A DNA stretch of 64,000 nt from Oculatellaceae cyanobacterium bins.114 (GCA_033764315.1 JANRJA010000011.1:13561-77560), one strand, 5' to 3'. Positions 28,586 to 40,326 are shown, counted from the first letter of the stretch. Notes: generated from the sequence alone by a model not told the origin. Numbers and translations are program-made.

Positions 28586-30826
28586 TTAAGAGAGTAAATT
28601 TTTAATTTCTTTTTGAGATTGAGCCAACCGATGAGCTAATAAGGCAATGATAAAGTCTTGGAACGTGGAAGCTGTTTTGGGATCATTTTGTTGCATCTGC
28701 TGAAACCGATCGGCAGAGAGACGATAGAGAATCGTGGACTGATCGGCGATCGCCGAGCTTTCGTGTGGGGTGCGTGTGTAAAAAGCAATCTCACCCACAA
28801 TGGTGCCTGCCCCTAGCGTTTGCAAACGAACAGTTTGGTTATTTCTCAGTTCGATCAGAGTGCTTACCTGACCCGACTCGACAAAATAGAGGGAATCAGC
28901 ATCGGTGTGTTGCCGAAACAACCAGTCTCCAGTTGCCAGTTGCGATCGCTCTAAATATTTGGTGAAGGGTGCCACTTGATCAGGATCTGAGAACACCCGT
29001 TGCAGTTGCAGCGTCAACGGCATAAACCGTCCCCGTTTCCACGTCACCGTTTCTAAAATCTGCCCCTCACACCACTCCATACCTCGATCTAAATCAGCAA
29101 ACACTAGACAGATTGGGTCATCGTCCTCCAGACATCCTCCCTGCCGCAACATTTTTTCGGCACGACGGTGCAGGTGAGTAAAGACCAGTCGCAACGATTG
29201 CTTGCGTGCCAGTTGTTTGAGTTTGACAAAGCTCAACACCGCTGAGGAATCCAGACCACTCACAAGGCGAAAGTCGAGCACGACAAAATGCAAAGGTTCC
29301 AGGTCAGGCTCCATGAGTCGCTGACGAATCTGGTCTAGTACGCGATTGGCCGTGCCAAAAAAAATAAATCCCTGCAACTCCAAAATATAAACCTGATCCC
29401 CTTTTTCACGAATCAAGTTTTCCTGGTGTTGCGGACGCAAAACGTGGCTGGTGTAGCTAGAACCAGACAACACATGTTTGGCAATTCTAGTTTGGCTGTA
29501 GTTGAGCACAAACAGAACGATCGTGGCAATCAGCCCTACCCCGACCCCTTCTAAAAAGCCCACACCTCCAATAAAAACTAAAATTAGCACGACCACGCCA
29601 TAGTCAGCTCTGGGCAATGTAAACCAGGCATCATAGAGCCATTCTTGCAAGAGGCACAGACCCAAAAATAGCAGCAATCCCCCAATGACAGGCTTGGGTA
29701 GATATGCTACAAAAAATGGCCCCAAAATTAGTGCCACCACAAATACAAGGGCAGCCACAATTCCTGTGAGGCGGTTTTTACCACCCATTTTGTAGACCAG
29801 CACTGAGCTGCTGAGGGAATGGGTGCCAGGCAGACCCCCGCTCAACCCCGACACTAAATTAGCGATTCCCGCAGATTTCAACTCACGGTTGAGGTCAATG
29901 TCGCGGTCAGTCGCCAACTCGATGGCACTAGAATTTAACAGCAGCGAAAAACTGGTGAGCACCACAACCACCCCCATGCTGCCCAGTTGATCGGCGATCG
30001 CCCCCCCATTCATCTGCGGCAGAGCCGTGAGGGTAATGGGACTCCACATGCCCCCTCCAGTCGTCACATTGGTGAGGAACCACCCCTTGGCAGCGGCAGT
30101 AGCGATCGACGTTTGAGTCATAGCCAACATGCCAAAAAATAAGGCGATCGCCCCCAAACAAAGCCCTGGCAGCACCCAAAAATGAGTATAGCGACGCGAG
30201 ATTAGCAGCAGGGCGATCGCAAACCCCAAACCCGACAACCAATGCAGCAGCACATCCCCAGAAAATAACGCGGATAATGGTGCCCCGTCTGCCAGCATGT
30301 GAAATGCGCCCTTAAACAGCAGCCAACCTGAGCCTGCCAAAAAACCACCCACCACGGGATAAGGAATGAAGCGAATCAGTTCGCCGACCTTGAGCCAACC
30401 CAAAACCAACAAAAACGCACCCGTCAAAATCGAGGTCAAAGCGATCGCCCCTACAACTGTGACCAAAATTTCTTCAGAGGTGGCCGTGCCCACCATCCGG
30501 TTCTCAATCGAAGCCGCAATCAGTGCCAAAATTGCAATTTGCTCTGGCTGAGGATTGGAAATCACCCCCGGATAGGAACTAGTAAAAGCAACGATCAGGC
30601 GGATGAGGACATTGCTGATGAGCACTATACCCACGCCAAGAGCAATTTGGTTGGATAATCCCCCTGAAAAAATTAATGCTGCTAACGAGATGGCTTTAAG
30701 CAGTGAAATTAACCCTGACATCAGCCCTGCACTCAGTTCTGGCAACCACTGGTTAAGCCACGTTGCTTTGACGGGTTGTTGCTCTGGTGATGAGGGGGTT
30801 GACTCAGCTGGCGATCGCGATTGCAT
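28586..30826 (-). CDS. SulP/SLC26 anion transporter with STAS and cNMP-binding domains
   Basis: FIPYPVVGGFLAG, LNRELKSAGIANL, LQGFIFFGTA, LDSSA, GEIAF. Confidence 0.92.
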   Translation of the reverse strand: MQSRSPAESTPSSPEQQPVKATWLNQWLPELSAGLMSGLISLLKAISLAALIFSGGLSNQIALGVGIVLISNVLIRLIVAFTSSYPGVISNPQPEQIAILALIAASIENRMVGTATSEEILVTVVGAIALTSILTGAFLLVLGWLKVGELIRFIPYPVVGGFLAGSGWLLFKGAFHMLADGAPLSALFSGDVLLHWLSGLGFAIALLLISRRYTHFWVLPGLCLGAIALFFGMLAMTQTSIATAAAKGWFLTNVTTGGGMWSPITLTALPQMNGGAIADQLGSMGVVVVLTSFSLLLNSSAIELATDRDIDLNRELKSAGIANLVSGLSGGLPGTHSLSSSVLVYKMGGKNRLTGIVAALVFVVALILGPFFVAYLPKPVIGGLLLFLGLCLLQEWLYDAWFTLPRADYGVVVLILVFIGGVGFLEGVGVGLIATIVLFVLNYSQTRIAKHVLSGSSYTSHVLRPQHQENLIREKGDQVYILELQGFIFFGTANRVLDQIRQRLMEPDLEPLHFVVLDFRLVSGLDSSAVLSFVKLKQLARKQSLRLVFTHLHRRAEKMLRQGGCLEDDDPICLVFADLDRGMEWCEGQILETVTWKRGRFMPLTLQLQRVFSDPDQVAPFTKYLERSQLATGDWLFRQHTDADSLYFVESGQVSTLIELRNNQTVRLQTLGAGTIVGEIAFYTRTPHESSAIADQSTILYRLSADRFQQMQQNDPKTASTFQDFIIALLAHRLAQSQKEIKNLLS

Positions 30827-30894
30827 GACTAGCAGCGTAAAATACGTTTCGACTTCTTAATATATAGAACTCTATGTTTAAGTTTAGGTTTTCC

Positions 30895-33114
30895 TTATGA
30901 CAAGAGGTTCTCAATCTCTTGATAAGCCTGATCTAGACGGGTAGCTAATAGCGCAATCATAAACTCTTGAAAAGCAGTTGCAATCTGGGGATCAGTCTGT
31001 CGCATTTGTTGTAGCCGTTCTATAGAGAGACTATAGACAATCGTGGACTGATCGGCGATCGCGGAGGTGCGATAGGGGCTTTGAGTATGAAAGGCAATCT
31101 CACCCACGGTCGTACCGACTCCCAATGTTTGCAGTCTGACGGTTTGTTGATCATGCCGTTCTAATAAAGTGCTGATCTGCCCTGATTCCACAAAATATAG
31201 GGCTTCAGGTTTTGCCCCCTGGCGAAATAACCAGTCTCCGCTCGCCAGTTGCGATCGCTCCAAATATTTCGTAAAAGGTGCCACCTGATCAGGGTCTGAA
31301 AACACCCGCTGCAATTGCAACGTCAACGGCATAAATCGTCCTCGTCGCCAGGTGACAGACTCTAAAATCTGTCCCTCACACCACTCCATACCCCGATCGA
31401 GATCGGTAAATATCAGACAAAGGGTGTCGTTTTCCTCCAGGCAGCCACCCTGTCGCAATAACGTCTCCGTCAGCGGTTGCAGATGCGTAAACACCAGGCG
31501 CAACGCTTGCTTGCGTGCCAATTGTTTGAGTTTGACAAAGCTCAACACCGCTGAAGAATCTAAGCCACTGACCAAACGAAAGTCGAGCACCACCAAACGC
31601 AAGGGTTCTAGTGACAGATCAGAGAGCCGTTGACGAATCTGATTGAGCAGACGATTGGCCGTGCCAAAAAAAATAAATCCCTGTAACTCCAGAATGAGAA
31701 TCTGGTTGCCGCGTTGACTGAGGAGTTGTTCTTGATGGCGGGGGCGATCGACATGGCTGCGATAAGTGACGCCTGACAGCACGTGTCGGGTGACGCTCGT
31801 GCGGCTGTAGTTGACGATAAACAGGGCGATCGCGGCTATTAGCCCTACCCCAACGCCTTGAAACAATCCTAAAAATCCAATCACCGCTAAAATCAGCAGC
31901 ATCACAATATAGTCTGAGCGAAGCATCTTAGCAGCAGAGTCATACACCCATTCCACCAACAACGATAGCCCCAGAAATAGGAGCAGTCCCCCCAATACCA
32001 CCTTGGGAAAGTAGGACAGCAAGGATGCTCCCATCAACAGCACGATCGCACATATCACCGCTGAGATGATGCTGATCGAGCGGTCTCTGCCCCCCATGCG
32101 ATAGACCAACATGGAGTCTACCAAGGTGTGATAGCCAACCAACCCAGCACCGATACCAGACACCAAATTAGCCAATCCAGCCGCTTGCAATTCCTGGTTC
32201 AAATTGATCTCACTTTCAGTCACCAGTTCTAAACTCGTAGCCGTCAACAAAATCAAGATTGGGCTGATCAACATCACCGTCAGCATGTTGCCTATCTGTG
32301 AGGTCAAAACAGTCCAATTGACTTGACCCAATTGAGTAAGACGCAGAGGTTGCCACAAATTGTTTTCAGAAAAACTGCCCAAGAGCCAACCCGCCGCTCT
32401 GGCTTCAGCCATCGATGTCTGGGTCACAAACAGAGCCAGATAAAATATCCCGATCGCTGAGAAGATACTAATCGGCAACACCCAGGGGCGATCGCTGCGT
32501 CGTGAAATAATCAATAGGGCGATCGCAAATCCAACTCCTGGCAACCAATACAACAGGCGATCGGGTTGCAATAACGTTCCCAGATTGGCCACACTCAGCG
32601 GTATATCGGTCATCACTTGAATGGCTCCGTGAGCAATCAGCCAGCCAGTGCCAGCAATAAACCCACCAATCACGGGATAGGGGATAAACCGCACCAGTTC
32701 ACCGACTTTTAATGACCCTAAAACGAATAAAAACCCTCCTGTCAGGAGAGTTGTGAGGGCAATCATCAGCAAAATTGTAATTAAGACAACTTCTGGTGCT
32801 GCCCCCTCCAAACTTTGCTGAATCGACATTGCACTTAGGGCGATCACCGCTGATGGCAAGGGATCGATATCGGCAATCACCACGGGCAATGAACTGGTTA
32901 GTGCCACGACAATCCGCAAGGCGATCGCACTAAACAAAGCCATGCCAACTCCGATCGAAACATACTGCGATAACTCTCCAGCAAAAATGAGTGCGACCAG
33001 AGAGATCGAAAACATAATCCCGATTACGCTGCTAACAAGACTCACCACGACGTTGAGCAGTAACCGTCGCCCATCTATTTTCGTTAGCAATTGCAGTCCC
33101 CTCTGCTTCGCCAT
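30895..33114 (-). CDS. SulP-STAS-cNMP transporter, tandem paralogue
   Basis: Same architecture and motifs as the neighbour; start at 33114 or 33138. Confidence 0.92.
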   Translation of the reverse strand: MAKQRGLQLLTKIDGRRLLLNVVVSLVSSVIGIMFSISLVALIFAGELSQYVSIGVGMALFSAIALRIVVALTSSLPVVIADIDPLPSAVIALSAMSIQQSLEGAAPEVVLITILLMIALTTLLTGGFLFVLGSLKVGELVRFIPYPVIGGFIAGTGWLIAHGAIQVMTDIPLSVANLGTLLQPDRLLYWLPGVGFAIALLIISRRSDRPWVLPISIFSAIGIFYLALFVTQTSMAEARAAGWLLGSFSENNLWQPLRLTQLGQVNWTVLTSQIGNMLTVMLISPILILLTATSLELVTESEINLNQELQAAGLANLVSGIGAGLVGYHTLVDSMLVYRMGGRDRSISIISAVICAIVLLMGASLLSYFPKVVLGGLLLFLGLSLLVEWVYDSAAKMLRSDYIVMLLILAVIGFLGLFQGVGVGLIAAIALFIVNYSRTSVTRHVLSGVTYRSHVDRPRHQEQLLSQRGNQILILELQGFIFFGTANRLLNQIRQRLSDLSLEPLRLVVLDFRLVSGLDSSAVLSFVKLKQLARKQALRLVFTHLQPLTETLLRQGGCLEENDTLCLIFTDLDRGMEWCEGQILESVTWRRGRFMPLTLQLQRVFSDPDQVAPFTKYLERSQLASGDWLFRQGAKPEALYFVESGQISTLLERHDQQTVRLQTLGVGTTVGEIAFHTQSPYRTSAIADQSTIVYSLSIERLQQMRQTDPQIATAFQEFMIALLATRLDQAYQEIENLLS

Positions 33115-33356
33115 GCGATCGCCCCCCTTGCATCTCATTTAGATATACGAGCGATAACGAGCATCTAAGCACGAAGCACTTGAAAAGAAAAGCAGTGTTA
33201 ATGGTTAATCGCGCGATGAGTCAGCAATCCTCATGTTAAAAACAAGCTCGTTCGATTTTCGCGCGATCGCCACTGCACAAGTGCAAGCAAATTCTCATCA
33301 TCAAAACGGCTACTTTTAGCTACTTTTAATTGTTTACTCTTTATTATTTCCCTCTC

Positions 33357-33415
33357 GGTAGTCCTCTAAAAGTAATGATTTTTGAGCAAGGATATGCTGC
33401 GTGTTTAGGACTACC
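33357..33415. mobile_element. MITE family A, internally shortened copy
   Basis: Ends GGTAGTCC/GGACTACC; near-duplicated 8-bp flanks TCCCTCTC/TTCCTCTC; homologous to 41020-41099. Confidence 0.65.
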
Positions 33416-33423
33416 TTCCTCTC

Positions 33424-33516
33424 TATAGCAGTCCTAAATCATTTGTGAAATTAGGAGGTTGTGAGAGTCGGACCCCTGAGGGGTGCGCCTCTCACAAACC
33501 ATTTAGGATTGCTATA
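33424..33516. mobile_element. MITE family B (93 bp)
   Basis: Terminal inverted repeats TATAGCAGTCCTAAATCATTTGTGA / TCACAAACCATTTAGGATTGCTATA; inverted homologue at 63831-63923. Confidence 0.75.
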
Positions 33517-33691
33517 TCTCCGTCTATTTGTTTTCTATCCTTTTCCCTGATCAATCAATTTATTTTTCTCTCTATTTTTTGCTGTTCCTCTCCCCAATCG
33601 GGTGAAGCCACTATTTAGGTGCAGGGGTTAAACCAGAACAACAATCCCGCGTGAACTGCAAACAGTACAGTAAACAGCACAGCAAACAGCA

Positions 33692-34984
33692 ATGACAACC
33701 TTTCCCCTCACAACCTTTTCTGGTTCGCCATTGGATGACATCTACACAGGTGGCAGTGAAAATAATCAGATTTTTGGTCAAGCCGGAAACGATGTATTGA
33801 ATGGGGGAGGGGGCAATGACACCATCTTTGGCGATGAGGGCAATGATTGGCTCAGTGGAGGATCTGGCAATGACACGCTGGTGGGGGGTGCGGGCAGCGA
33901 TGTCTTGGCCGGGGGCGACGGCGACGACGTCTATGGGGTTGACAATAGCGACACCATTGACGAGACAGGTACAGGTCGAGACACGGTCTTATCTTCGACC
34001 TATAGTTGGCAGTTGGGCAGTCACTTAGAAGACCTGGTGCTAGTTGAAAACAGTTCAGCCGATGTTGGCATTGGCAACAGCCTCAACAATCGCATCTTGG
34101 GTAATCGGGGTAGCAATGCTCTGTATGGCATAAATGGCAATGACGTGTTGGTGGGGGCAGGGGGCAATGATGTCTTAGAAGGAGGAACAGGAAGCGATCG
34201 CTTTGATTTTCTTGATCCGGCGATCGACGGAGTTGACCAGATCATCGATTTCACCGTCATTGATGACACCATCGGCATTGTCCTTGATTTCACAGGCACA
34301 GGCTCAGCGTTTGCCAATGCCGGGTTGACTCCCAATGCCACTCTCACCGTTGAGCAATTTCATCAGGGAGGAACGGCTCTCAACAGAGGCACTCGCTTTA
34401 TCTATAACCCCATCACAGGCTCACTCTGGTTTGATATCGATGGCACAGGAGCCACACCCCAAGTGCAACTTGCCACCCTTTCAACCGGGTTACAACTGAC
34501 TCATCGTGATTTCTTTGCTTTTACAGGCACTCCCGCTAGCGGCAACCCGCTTCCACCCCCCGATGACAGCCGACCCAAACTTCGCATTGGCACCCGTGGC
34601 AACGATCGCCTCGAAGGGGGCAGTGGCAATGACAAACTCTTGGGGTTAGAGGGACACGATATTTTGGTGGGCAAAGACGGCAGCGATCGCATAGAGGGGG
34701 GTGATGGAGCCGACCGGATCTATGGTGGCACTGGCAACAACAAACTCATTGGCGGCAGAGGACGCGATATCTTTGCGCTAGAACCGGGAGCAGGCAGAAG
34801 CCTAATTTTAGACTTTGGCGATCGCAGCGATCGGTTAGGTATCTCGCGCACTGTGGATTGGCGCAACCTCACGATTTCTCAACAGGGTCAACATACCCGT
34901 ATCAGTCTTGGGAGTGATCTCTTAGCGATTCTCTATAGGGTTCACCCTTACCAGATCGCGATCGCCGACTTTGTCCAGATTTGA
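33692..34984 (+). CDS. RTX-type calcium-binding repeat protein
   Basis: Many GGxGND nonapeptide repeats; RFIYNPITGSLWFDIDG motif. Confidence 0.9.
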   Translation: MTTFPLTTFSGSPLDDIYTGGSENNQIFGQAGNDVLNGGGGNDTIFGDEGNDWLSGGSGNDTLVGGAGSDVLAGGDGDDVYGVDNSDTIDETGTGRDTVLSSTYSWQLGSHLEDLVLVENSSADVGIGNSLNNRILGNRGSNALYGINGNDVLVGAGGNDVLEGGTGSDRFDFLDPAIDGVDQIIDFTVIDDTIGIVLDFTGTGSAFANAGLTPNATLTVEQFHQGGTALNRGTRFIYNPITGSLWFDIDGTGATPQVQLATLSTGLQLTHRDFFAFTGTPASGNPLPPPDDSRPKLRIGTRGNDRLEGGSGNDKLLGLEGHDILVGKDGSDRIEGGDGADRIYGGTGNNKLIGGRGRDIFALEPGAGRSLILDFGDRSDRLGISRTVDWRNLTISQQGQHTRISLGSDLLAILYRVHPYQIAIADFVQI

Positions 34985-35048
34985 TCTCATCTGTCGTTAA
35001 TGCAGCTCTGGACAATCTTGTGTCATCTCTATCCTCAAACCCGATCGA

Positions 35049-35354
35049 CTAATAGGGACTATCCCATTCCTCAATGAGTTGTGCCATATCTCCCTGATAG
35101 TTCTGATTGATTTGAGTTGCTTTTTCATGCAACCGAGCCGGAACATATCGCAAATGCACAGGCAACCCATGCAATAAGAGAAATTCTGCTAATTGATCAG
35201 CATGAACATAAATGCCGTCTTTATGGAGTCGTTGCAACATCTGTTCAAACGATACCCACCCCTCATTCTGCGTTGGCAGTTTATGAGCAACAGAGGACAT
35301 TTCATCCAGCACCTGGAATGGTCTCAAATTAGACTGAAAAGTATTCACATTCAT
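35049..35354 (-). CDS. Hypothetical protein
   Basis: 101-aa ORF with plausible composition; no family recognised. Confidence 0.6.
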   Translation of the reverse strand: MNVNTFQSNLRPFQVLDEMSSVAHKLPTQNEGWVSFEQMLQRLHKDGIYVHADQLAEFLLLHGLPVHLRYVPARLHEKATQINQNYQGDMAQLIEEWDSPY

Positions 35355-35595
35355 GAGTCTAGAATTGTGATCTTTAGAATAGCAGGTGCAAGAAGTATTA
35401 AAAATGGTTTAAGAATATAAATCTGACCCAGCTCCTCCATACAGCACAATTCCGGGGCAGGGGCTTCGTTGGGGCTCCCAAAACCCCCTGGTTTTATTTC
35501 CGAACCCTATCTGTGAAGAACAGTACTTAGAATAGTAAAGATAGGTAAACGAGTCGTTTGCTACAGTCCCGTCTCCTTGTGGTGCCCTGGAACCT

Positions 35596-38500
35596 ATGGC
35601 TTTTTCTTCTGTTACCCGTGCTCTGGGGCGATCGCCCCTGACTCATGAACTGCTGACCAAACTCCATCAGCAGCAGTTTCTCAAGCTCAATGGCATCGCT
35701 CGCATCCCCAAGGGGTTAGTCGCCTCAACCCTGGCGCAGACCGAACAGCGCAACTTGTTGGTGATTACGGCCACGCTAGAAGAGGCAGGGCGGTGGGCCG
35801 CCCAACTAGAGGCAATGGGTTGGCATACAGTTCACTTTTACCCAACTTCAGAGTCGTCACCCTATGAACCGTTTGACCCAGAATCTGAGATGACCTGGGG
35901 ACAATTGCAAGTGCTGGCAGACTTGCAGATGGCAGAATCCGGAAAACCGATCGCTAGTGCCTCTGCTGGCTTGGCGATCGTCGCCACAGAACGCGCCCTC
36001 CAGACCCATTTGCCACCACCAGAGGTGTTTCGCCCCTATTGCCTGACGCTGCAACGAGGCATGGAGTTAAACCTGGAAGACTTTAGTCGCCAGTTAGCCA
36101 ATCTGGGTTACGAGCGGGTGTCGCTCGTGGAAACAGAGGGACAGTGGAGCCGTCGGGGAGACATTATTGATGTGTTTCCAGTGGCATCCGAGTTGCCTGT
36201 GCGCCTGGAGCTATTTGGCGATGATCTGGAGCACCTGCGTGAGTTTGATCCGGCGACTCAGCGATCGCTCGATAGCATTCAACGGTTGGTGTTGACAACG
36301 ACTAACTTTGCCCCAATGGTGTTGCAGGGACTGGGTGATACTGCTGCGGCTCGTCTAGATGCTTTGCGTCCTTATCTCTCTCCAGAAGAGTTAGAGCGGC
36401 TTGAAGCAGGGCAGATGCCAGAGGGAATGCGACGCTTTCTAGGACTCGCCTTTGAGCAACCTGCCTCGTTGTTAGATTACTTGCCCGGTAATACAGTGGT
36501 GGCGATCGACGAAGAAGAACAATGTCGCGCCCATAGCGATCGCTGGTTTGAACACGCTGAAGACCACTGGCAAGATGTCTCCACAGGATTAGCGACTGCT
36601 TTTGCTAAAACCCATCGCCGCTTTGATGAATCTCTGATTGCAGCCGAGAGGTTTGAGCGCATTTATCTATCGGAACTGGCAGAAGAACGTGAAGGGTTGA
36701 ATCTGTCTAGTCGTCCCGTACCTGCGACTCCCCATCAATTTGGCAAGTTGGCAGAGACCATTCGAGGAGAGCGCGATCGCGGTTTTTCAATTTGGTTAGT
36801 GTCAGCCCAACCTTCTCGCTCAGTGTCGCTGTTGCAGGAACACGACTGCTCAGCTCAATTTGTACCCAATCCTCGTGACTATCCAGCAATTGAGAAATTG
36901 CAATCTCAGCGGGTTCCCGTTGCGGTCAAATATTCGGGTCTGGCAGAGTTAGAAGGGTTCATTCTGCCGACGTTTCGGTTGGTCATCGTCACCGATCGTG
37001 AGTTTTTTGGGCAACACTCCCTCGCCACCCCCAACTACGTCCGTAAGCGGCGGCGTGCGGCTTCTAAGCAAGTTGACCCCAACAAGCTGCAACCGGGAGA
37101 CTATGTCGTTCACAAAAATCATGGGGTTGGGCGATTTCTCAAACTCGAAAGTCTGACCATCAACTACGAGACTCGCGAATATCTGGTGCTGCAATATGCC
37201 GATGGTTTGTTGCGTGTCGCAGCCGATCAACTCAGTTCGCTATCGCGGTTTCGGGGGGCAGGCGATGTCGCCCCTGAACTCAACAAAATGTCGAGCAAAG
37301 CCTGGGAGAAAACCAAGAGCAAAGTTCGCAAAGCGGTTAAAAAAGTTGCCTTTGACTTGTTGCAACTCTATGCCCAACGGGCACAGCAGCAGGGCTATGC
37401 CTATCCCATAGACATGCCCTGGCAAGAAGAAATGGAGGATTCTTTTCCCTATCAACCCACAACAGATCAACTCAAGGCCGTGCAGGATGTGAAGCGAGAC
37501 ATGGAGAGCGATCGCCCGATGGATCGGCTCGTCTGTGGGGATGTGGGTTTTGGCAAAACCGAAGTCGCAATTCGCGCTATTTTTAAAGCCGTCACCGCTG
37601 GTAAACAGGTGGCTTTGCTCGCCCCAACCACCATCTTGACGCAACAACACTATCACACCTTAAAAGAAAGGTTCGCTCCCTATCCCATTCAGGTGGGTCT
37701 GTTGAACCGATTTCGCAGTGCCGAAGAACGCAAAGAGATTCAACAACGCCTGTCCACTGGCGAACTGGATGTAGTGGTGGGAACGCATCAGCTTTTAGGC
37801 AAAGGCGTTGTTTTTAAAGAACTGGGCTTGCTTGTCGTCGATGAGGAACAGCGGTTTGGGGTGAACCAGAAAGAAAAAATTAAAACTCTGAAAACTCAAG
37901 TGGATGTCTTGACCCTGAGTGCCACCCCAATTCCTCGAACCCTTTATATGGCGTTGTCTGGAGTGCGGGAGATGAGCCTGATCACGACACCCCCACCCTC
38001 ACGTCGCCCCATCAAAACCCATTTGGCACCTTTTGACCCCGAAATGATTCGGACGGCAATTCGCCAAGAACTCGATCGGGGTGGACAGGTGTTCTATGTC
38101 GTCCCCAGAGTCGAGGGCATTGAGGAAACAGCAGGTCTGCTGCGTGAGATGATTCCCAGTGCGCGGTTGGCGATCGCCCACGGTCAAATGCCTGAAGGCG
38201 AACTCGAAGCCACCATGCTCACCTTTAGCAACGGTGAGGCAGAGATCCTTCTATGCACCACCATCATTGAGTCGGGGTTAGATATTCCCCGTGTTAACAC
38301 GATCTTGATCGAAGACGCCCAAAAGTTTGGGTTGTCTCAGCTCTATCAGTTACGCGGTCGAGTCGGTCGTGCCGGAATTCAAGCCCACGCCTGGTTGTTT
38401 TATCCCCGTCAAAGCCAACTGTCAGAAGCAGCGCGGCAACGGTTACGCGCTATTCAAGAATTTACCCAACTGGGGTCAGGCTACCAATTAGCGGTGCGTG

Positions 38501-39102
38501 ATATGGAAATTCGGGGCGTCGGCAATTTGCTTGGAGCCGAACAATCTGGACAGATGGATGCGATCGGCTTTGACCTGTACATGGAAATGCTGGAGGATGC
38601 CATCAAAGAGATTCGTGGTCAAGAAATTCCTCAAGTGGATGACACCCAAATTGACCTCAACCTCACAGCATTCATTCCAGCCGATTACATCCCCGACCTC
38701 GACCAAAAGATGAGTGCTTATCGCGCCGTTGCCTTAGCCCAAACCAAGCAAGAGTTAACTCAAATTGCTGCCGACTGGAGCGATCGCTATGGCACAATTC
38801 CTGTGGCTGCACAACAACTGCTGCGCGTAGTGGAACTGAAACAAGTAGCCAAACCCCTCGGCTTTAGCCGCATTAAACCCGAAAACAAACAACACATTGT
38901 GCTCGAAACCCCAATGGAGGAACCCGCCTGGAACCTGCTCAAAGAAAACCTACCTGAATATCTGCGATCGCGCTTTGTTTATACAACTGGCAAAGTAACC
39001 GTGAGGGGATTGGGCATACTCAAAGCCGAGCAGCAGTTAGATAGCTTGATCGATTACCTCAGCCGGATGAAAGGAGTCATTCCTGAACCAGCATTGGTTT
39101 AA
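35596..39102 (+). CDS. mfd: Transcription-repair coupling factor
   Basis: UvrB-like N-terminus, CarD/RID domain, [20 protein letters not shown]-terminus. Confidence 0.98.
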   Translation: MAFSSVTRALGRSPLTHELLTKLHQQQFLKLNGIARIPKGLVASTLAQTEQRNLLVITATLEEAGRWAAQLEAMGWHTVHFYPTSESSPYEPFDPESEMTWGQLQVLADLQMAESGKPIASASAGLAIVATERALQTHLPPPEVFRPYCLTLQRGMELNLEDFSRQLANLGYERVSLVETEGQWSRRGDIIDVFPVASELPVRLELFGDDLEHLREFDPATQRSLDSIQRLVLTTTNFAPMVLQGLGDTAAARLDALRPYLSPEELERLEAGQMPEGMRRFLGLAFEQPASLLDYLPGNTVVAIDEEEQCRAHSDRWFEHAEDHWQDVSTGLATAFAKTHRRFDESLIAAERFERIYLSELAEEREGLNLSSRPVPATPHQFGKLAETIRGERDRGFSIWLVSAQPSRSVSLLQEHDCSAQFVPNPRDYPAIEKLQSQRVPVAVKYSGLAELEGFILPTFRLVIVTDREFFGQHSLATPNYVRKRRRAASKQVDPNKLQPGDYVVHKNHGVGRFLKLESLTINYETREYLVLQYADGLLRVAADQLSSLSRFRGAGDVAPELNKMSSKAWEKTKSKVRKAVKKVAFDLLQLYAQRAQQQGYAYPIDMPWQEEMEDSFPYQPTTDQLKAVQDVKRDMESDRPMDRLVCGDVGFGKTEVAIRAIFKAVTAGKQVALLAPTTILTQQHYHTLKERFAPYPIQVGLLNRFRSAEERKEIQQRLSTGELDVVVGTHQLLGKGVVFKELGLLVVDEEQRFGVNQKEKIKTLKTQVDVLTLSATPIPRTLYMALSGVREMSLITTPPPSRRPIKTHLAPFDPEMIRTAIRQELDRGGQVFYVVPRVEGIEETAGLLREMIPSARLAIAHGQMPEGELEATMLTFSNGEAEILLCTTIIESGLDIPRVNTILIEDAQKFGLSQLYQLRGRVGRAGIQAHAWLFYPRQSQLSEAARQRLRAIQEFTQLGSGYQLAVRDMEIRGVGNLLGAEQSGQMDAIGFDLYMEMLEDAIKEIRGQEIPQVDDTQIDLNLTAFIPADYIPDLDQKMSAYRAVALAQTKQELTQIAADWSDRYGTIPVAAQQLLRVVELKQVAKPLGFSRIKPENKQHIVLETPMEEPAWNLLKENLPEYLRSRFVYTTGKVTVRGLGILKAEQQLDSLIDYLSRMKGVIPEPALV

Positions 39103-39269
39103 AAACAGCTCAATGGTTGAGGTAAGAGTCAGTCATCTTGCAACTGACACTTACGCTAGATCATTCCATCCAACGTTATAAACCGAATAGTCCTTGATTT
39201 AACTTTGCCTAAAAAACTAATACCAATTTAAACGGATTTTGGGGTACTCCCTTCAAACTTTGGGTTCTT

Positions 39270-39373
39270 ATAGCCGTAGCTACATTCAATGGGGCGGAGG
39301 CGAGTCAGAAAGCTTTCCCAACATCAGGATTTGAGCCATTGCCTTTGCCTTAAGCTTTCTGACCAAAGCTATA
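39270..39373. repeat. Degenerate TATAGC...GCTATA-bounded element
   Basis: Same terminal hexamers as MITE family B, with a different interior; abuts the broken ORF at 39374-39543. Confidence 0.4.
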
Positions 39374-39543
39374 ATTTGCCGAACCAGACTAGCTCCTACT
39401 AATGCTTGATGGAATGCTGCTTGCTTTGCAGACGTTTCGTTGTCTTTCAAATAGCTTTGGATTACCTGGCTAAGCTGCTATAGCTCAGATAGCTCCAGTG
39501 CCTGCAACGGGTTAAGAATTTGGTTGAGAAGTGCTTGTGGCAT
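39374..39543 (-). pseudogene. Broken small cassette gene, possibly antitoxin-like
   Basis: MPQALLNQILNPLQALELSEL*QLSQVIQSYL...AAFHQALVGASLVRQI with an internal TAG; truncated at the repeat; family call from memory only. Confidence 0.45.
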
Positions 39544-39644
39544 TATCTGTGACCGTGAGCTAGCTTTGCTATCTGTTCTGCAAACCCTAAACCAAATACC
39601 TTACAAATAGCCTACCAGAACTGTCCTCACCGACCGTCTCAGCA

Positions 39645-39735
39645 GCCCAACGATGCCCATCACTCGTCGCAGACAACCTCGAACATCTAACCGATAATCT
39701 CTCAACGGTCGGCGTGCATGGGCATATTGTTAGGC
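39645..39735 (-). other. Integron attC site 1
   Basis: R'' GCCTAAC (contains the gene's stop) ... R' GTTGGGC; GCCCATGCAC pairs with GTGATGGGC, leaving one extrahelical G; 91 bp. Confidence 0.8.
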
Positions 39736-40326
39736 TTCTGTATGAGCTAATTGTTGCAGCAATCTCTCGACTTCCCTGGGATTACGAACATTCAGGAATC
39801 CTATTTCCTCAGTCCATGAATTACCTTCGCTACTCCTGTGCAGGCGAGTCGTAATCACAACATCACCCGTGTCATTTCCTCTTTCCTTGCGATACAAGTC
39901 TTTGAGTTGAGCAGGTGCATAGTTTCTAATGGTTGTAAACCAACCACTTTCAATTGAGATTGCTCGTTTATCAGTAATTAAGTATACTGTCCGAAATGCC
40001 TTGAGCCATTCTCGGAGTGGGCTGATAAGCATCCAAAAGCCAATAAGAACGAAAGGTACTCCAAAAAGAGCAAATAAGTGCTCAAATTTTATACCTTCAT
40101 GCAAAGCTGAGATCTTAAATCCCACTGCTCCATACATCCAAAAAATAGCAAAGGCAGTCCAGGGAATACCAAAAAAGAAATAGGTTAATGATTGAAGCGT
40201 GAAAAAGCGAGGGAGGGGTTGCTCAATCCATTTTATGAATTCGCCATCTTCAAGCTCCCTACTGATTCGTCTACGGAGCTTAGCTGGGATTTGTTGCCCA
40301 TTCAGCATAGTCGATTCCTCCGGCAA
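39730..40326 (-). CDS. Cassette-borne two-TM membrane protein with a PH-like C-terminus
   Basis: FFGIPWTAFAIFW, LFGVPFVLIG, TVYLITDKRAI; stop codon inside attC R''. Confidence 0.8.
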   Translation of the reverse strand: MPEESTMLNGQQIPAKLRRRISRELEDGEFIKWIEQPLPRFFTLQSLTYFFFGIPWTAFAIFWMYGAVGFKISALHEGIKFEHLFALFGVPFVLIGFWMLISPLREWLKAFRTVYLITDKRAISIESGWFTTIRNYAPAQLKDLYRKERGNDTGDVVITTRLHRSSEGNSWTEEIGFLNVRNPREVERLLQQLAHTEA

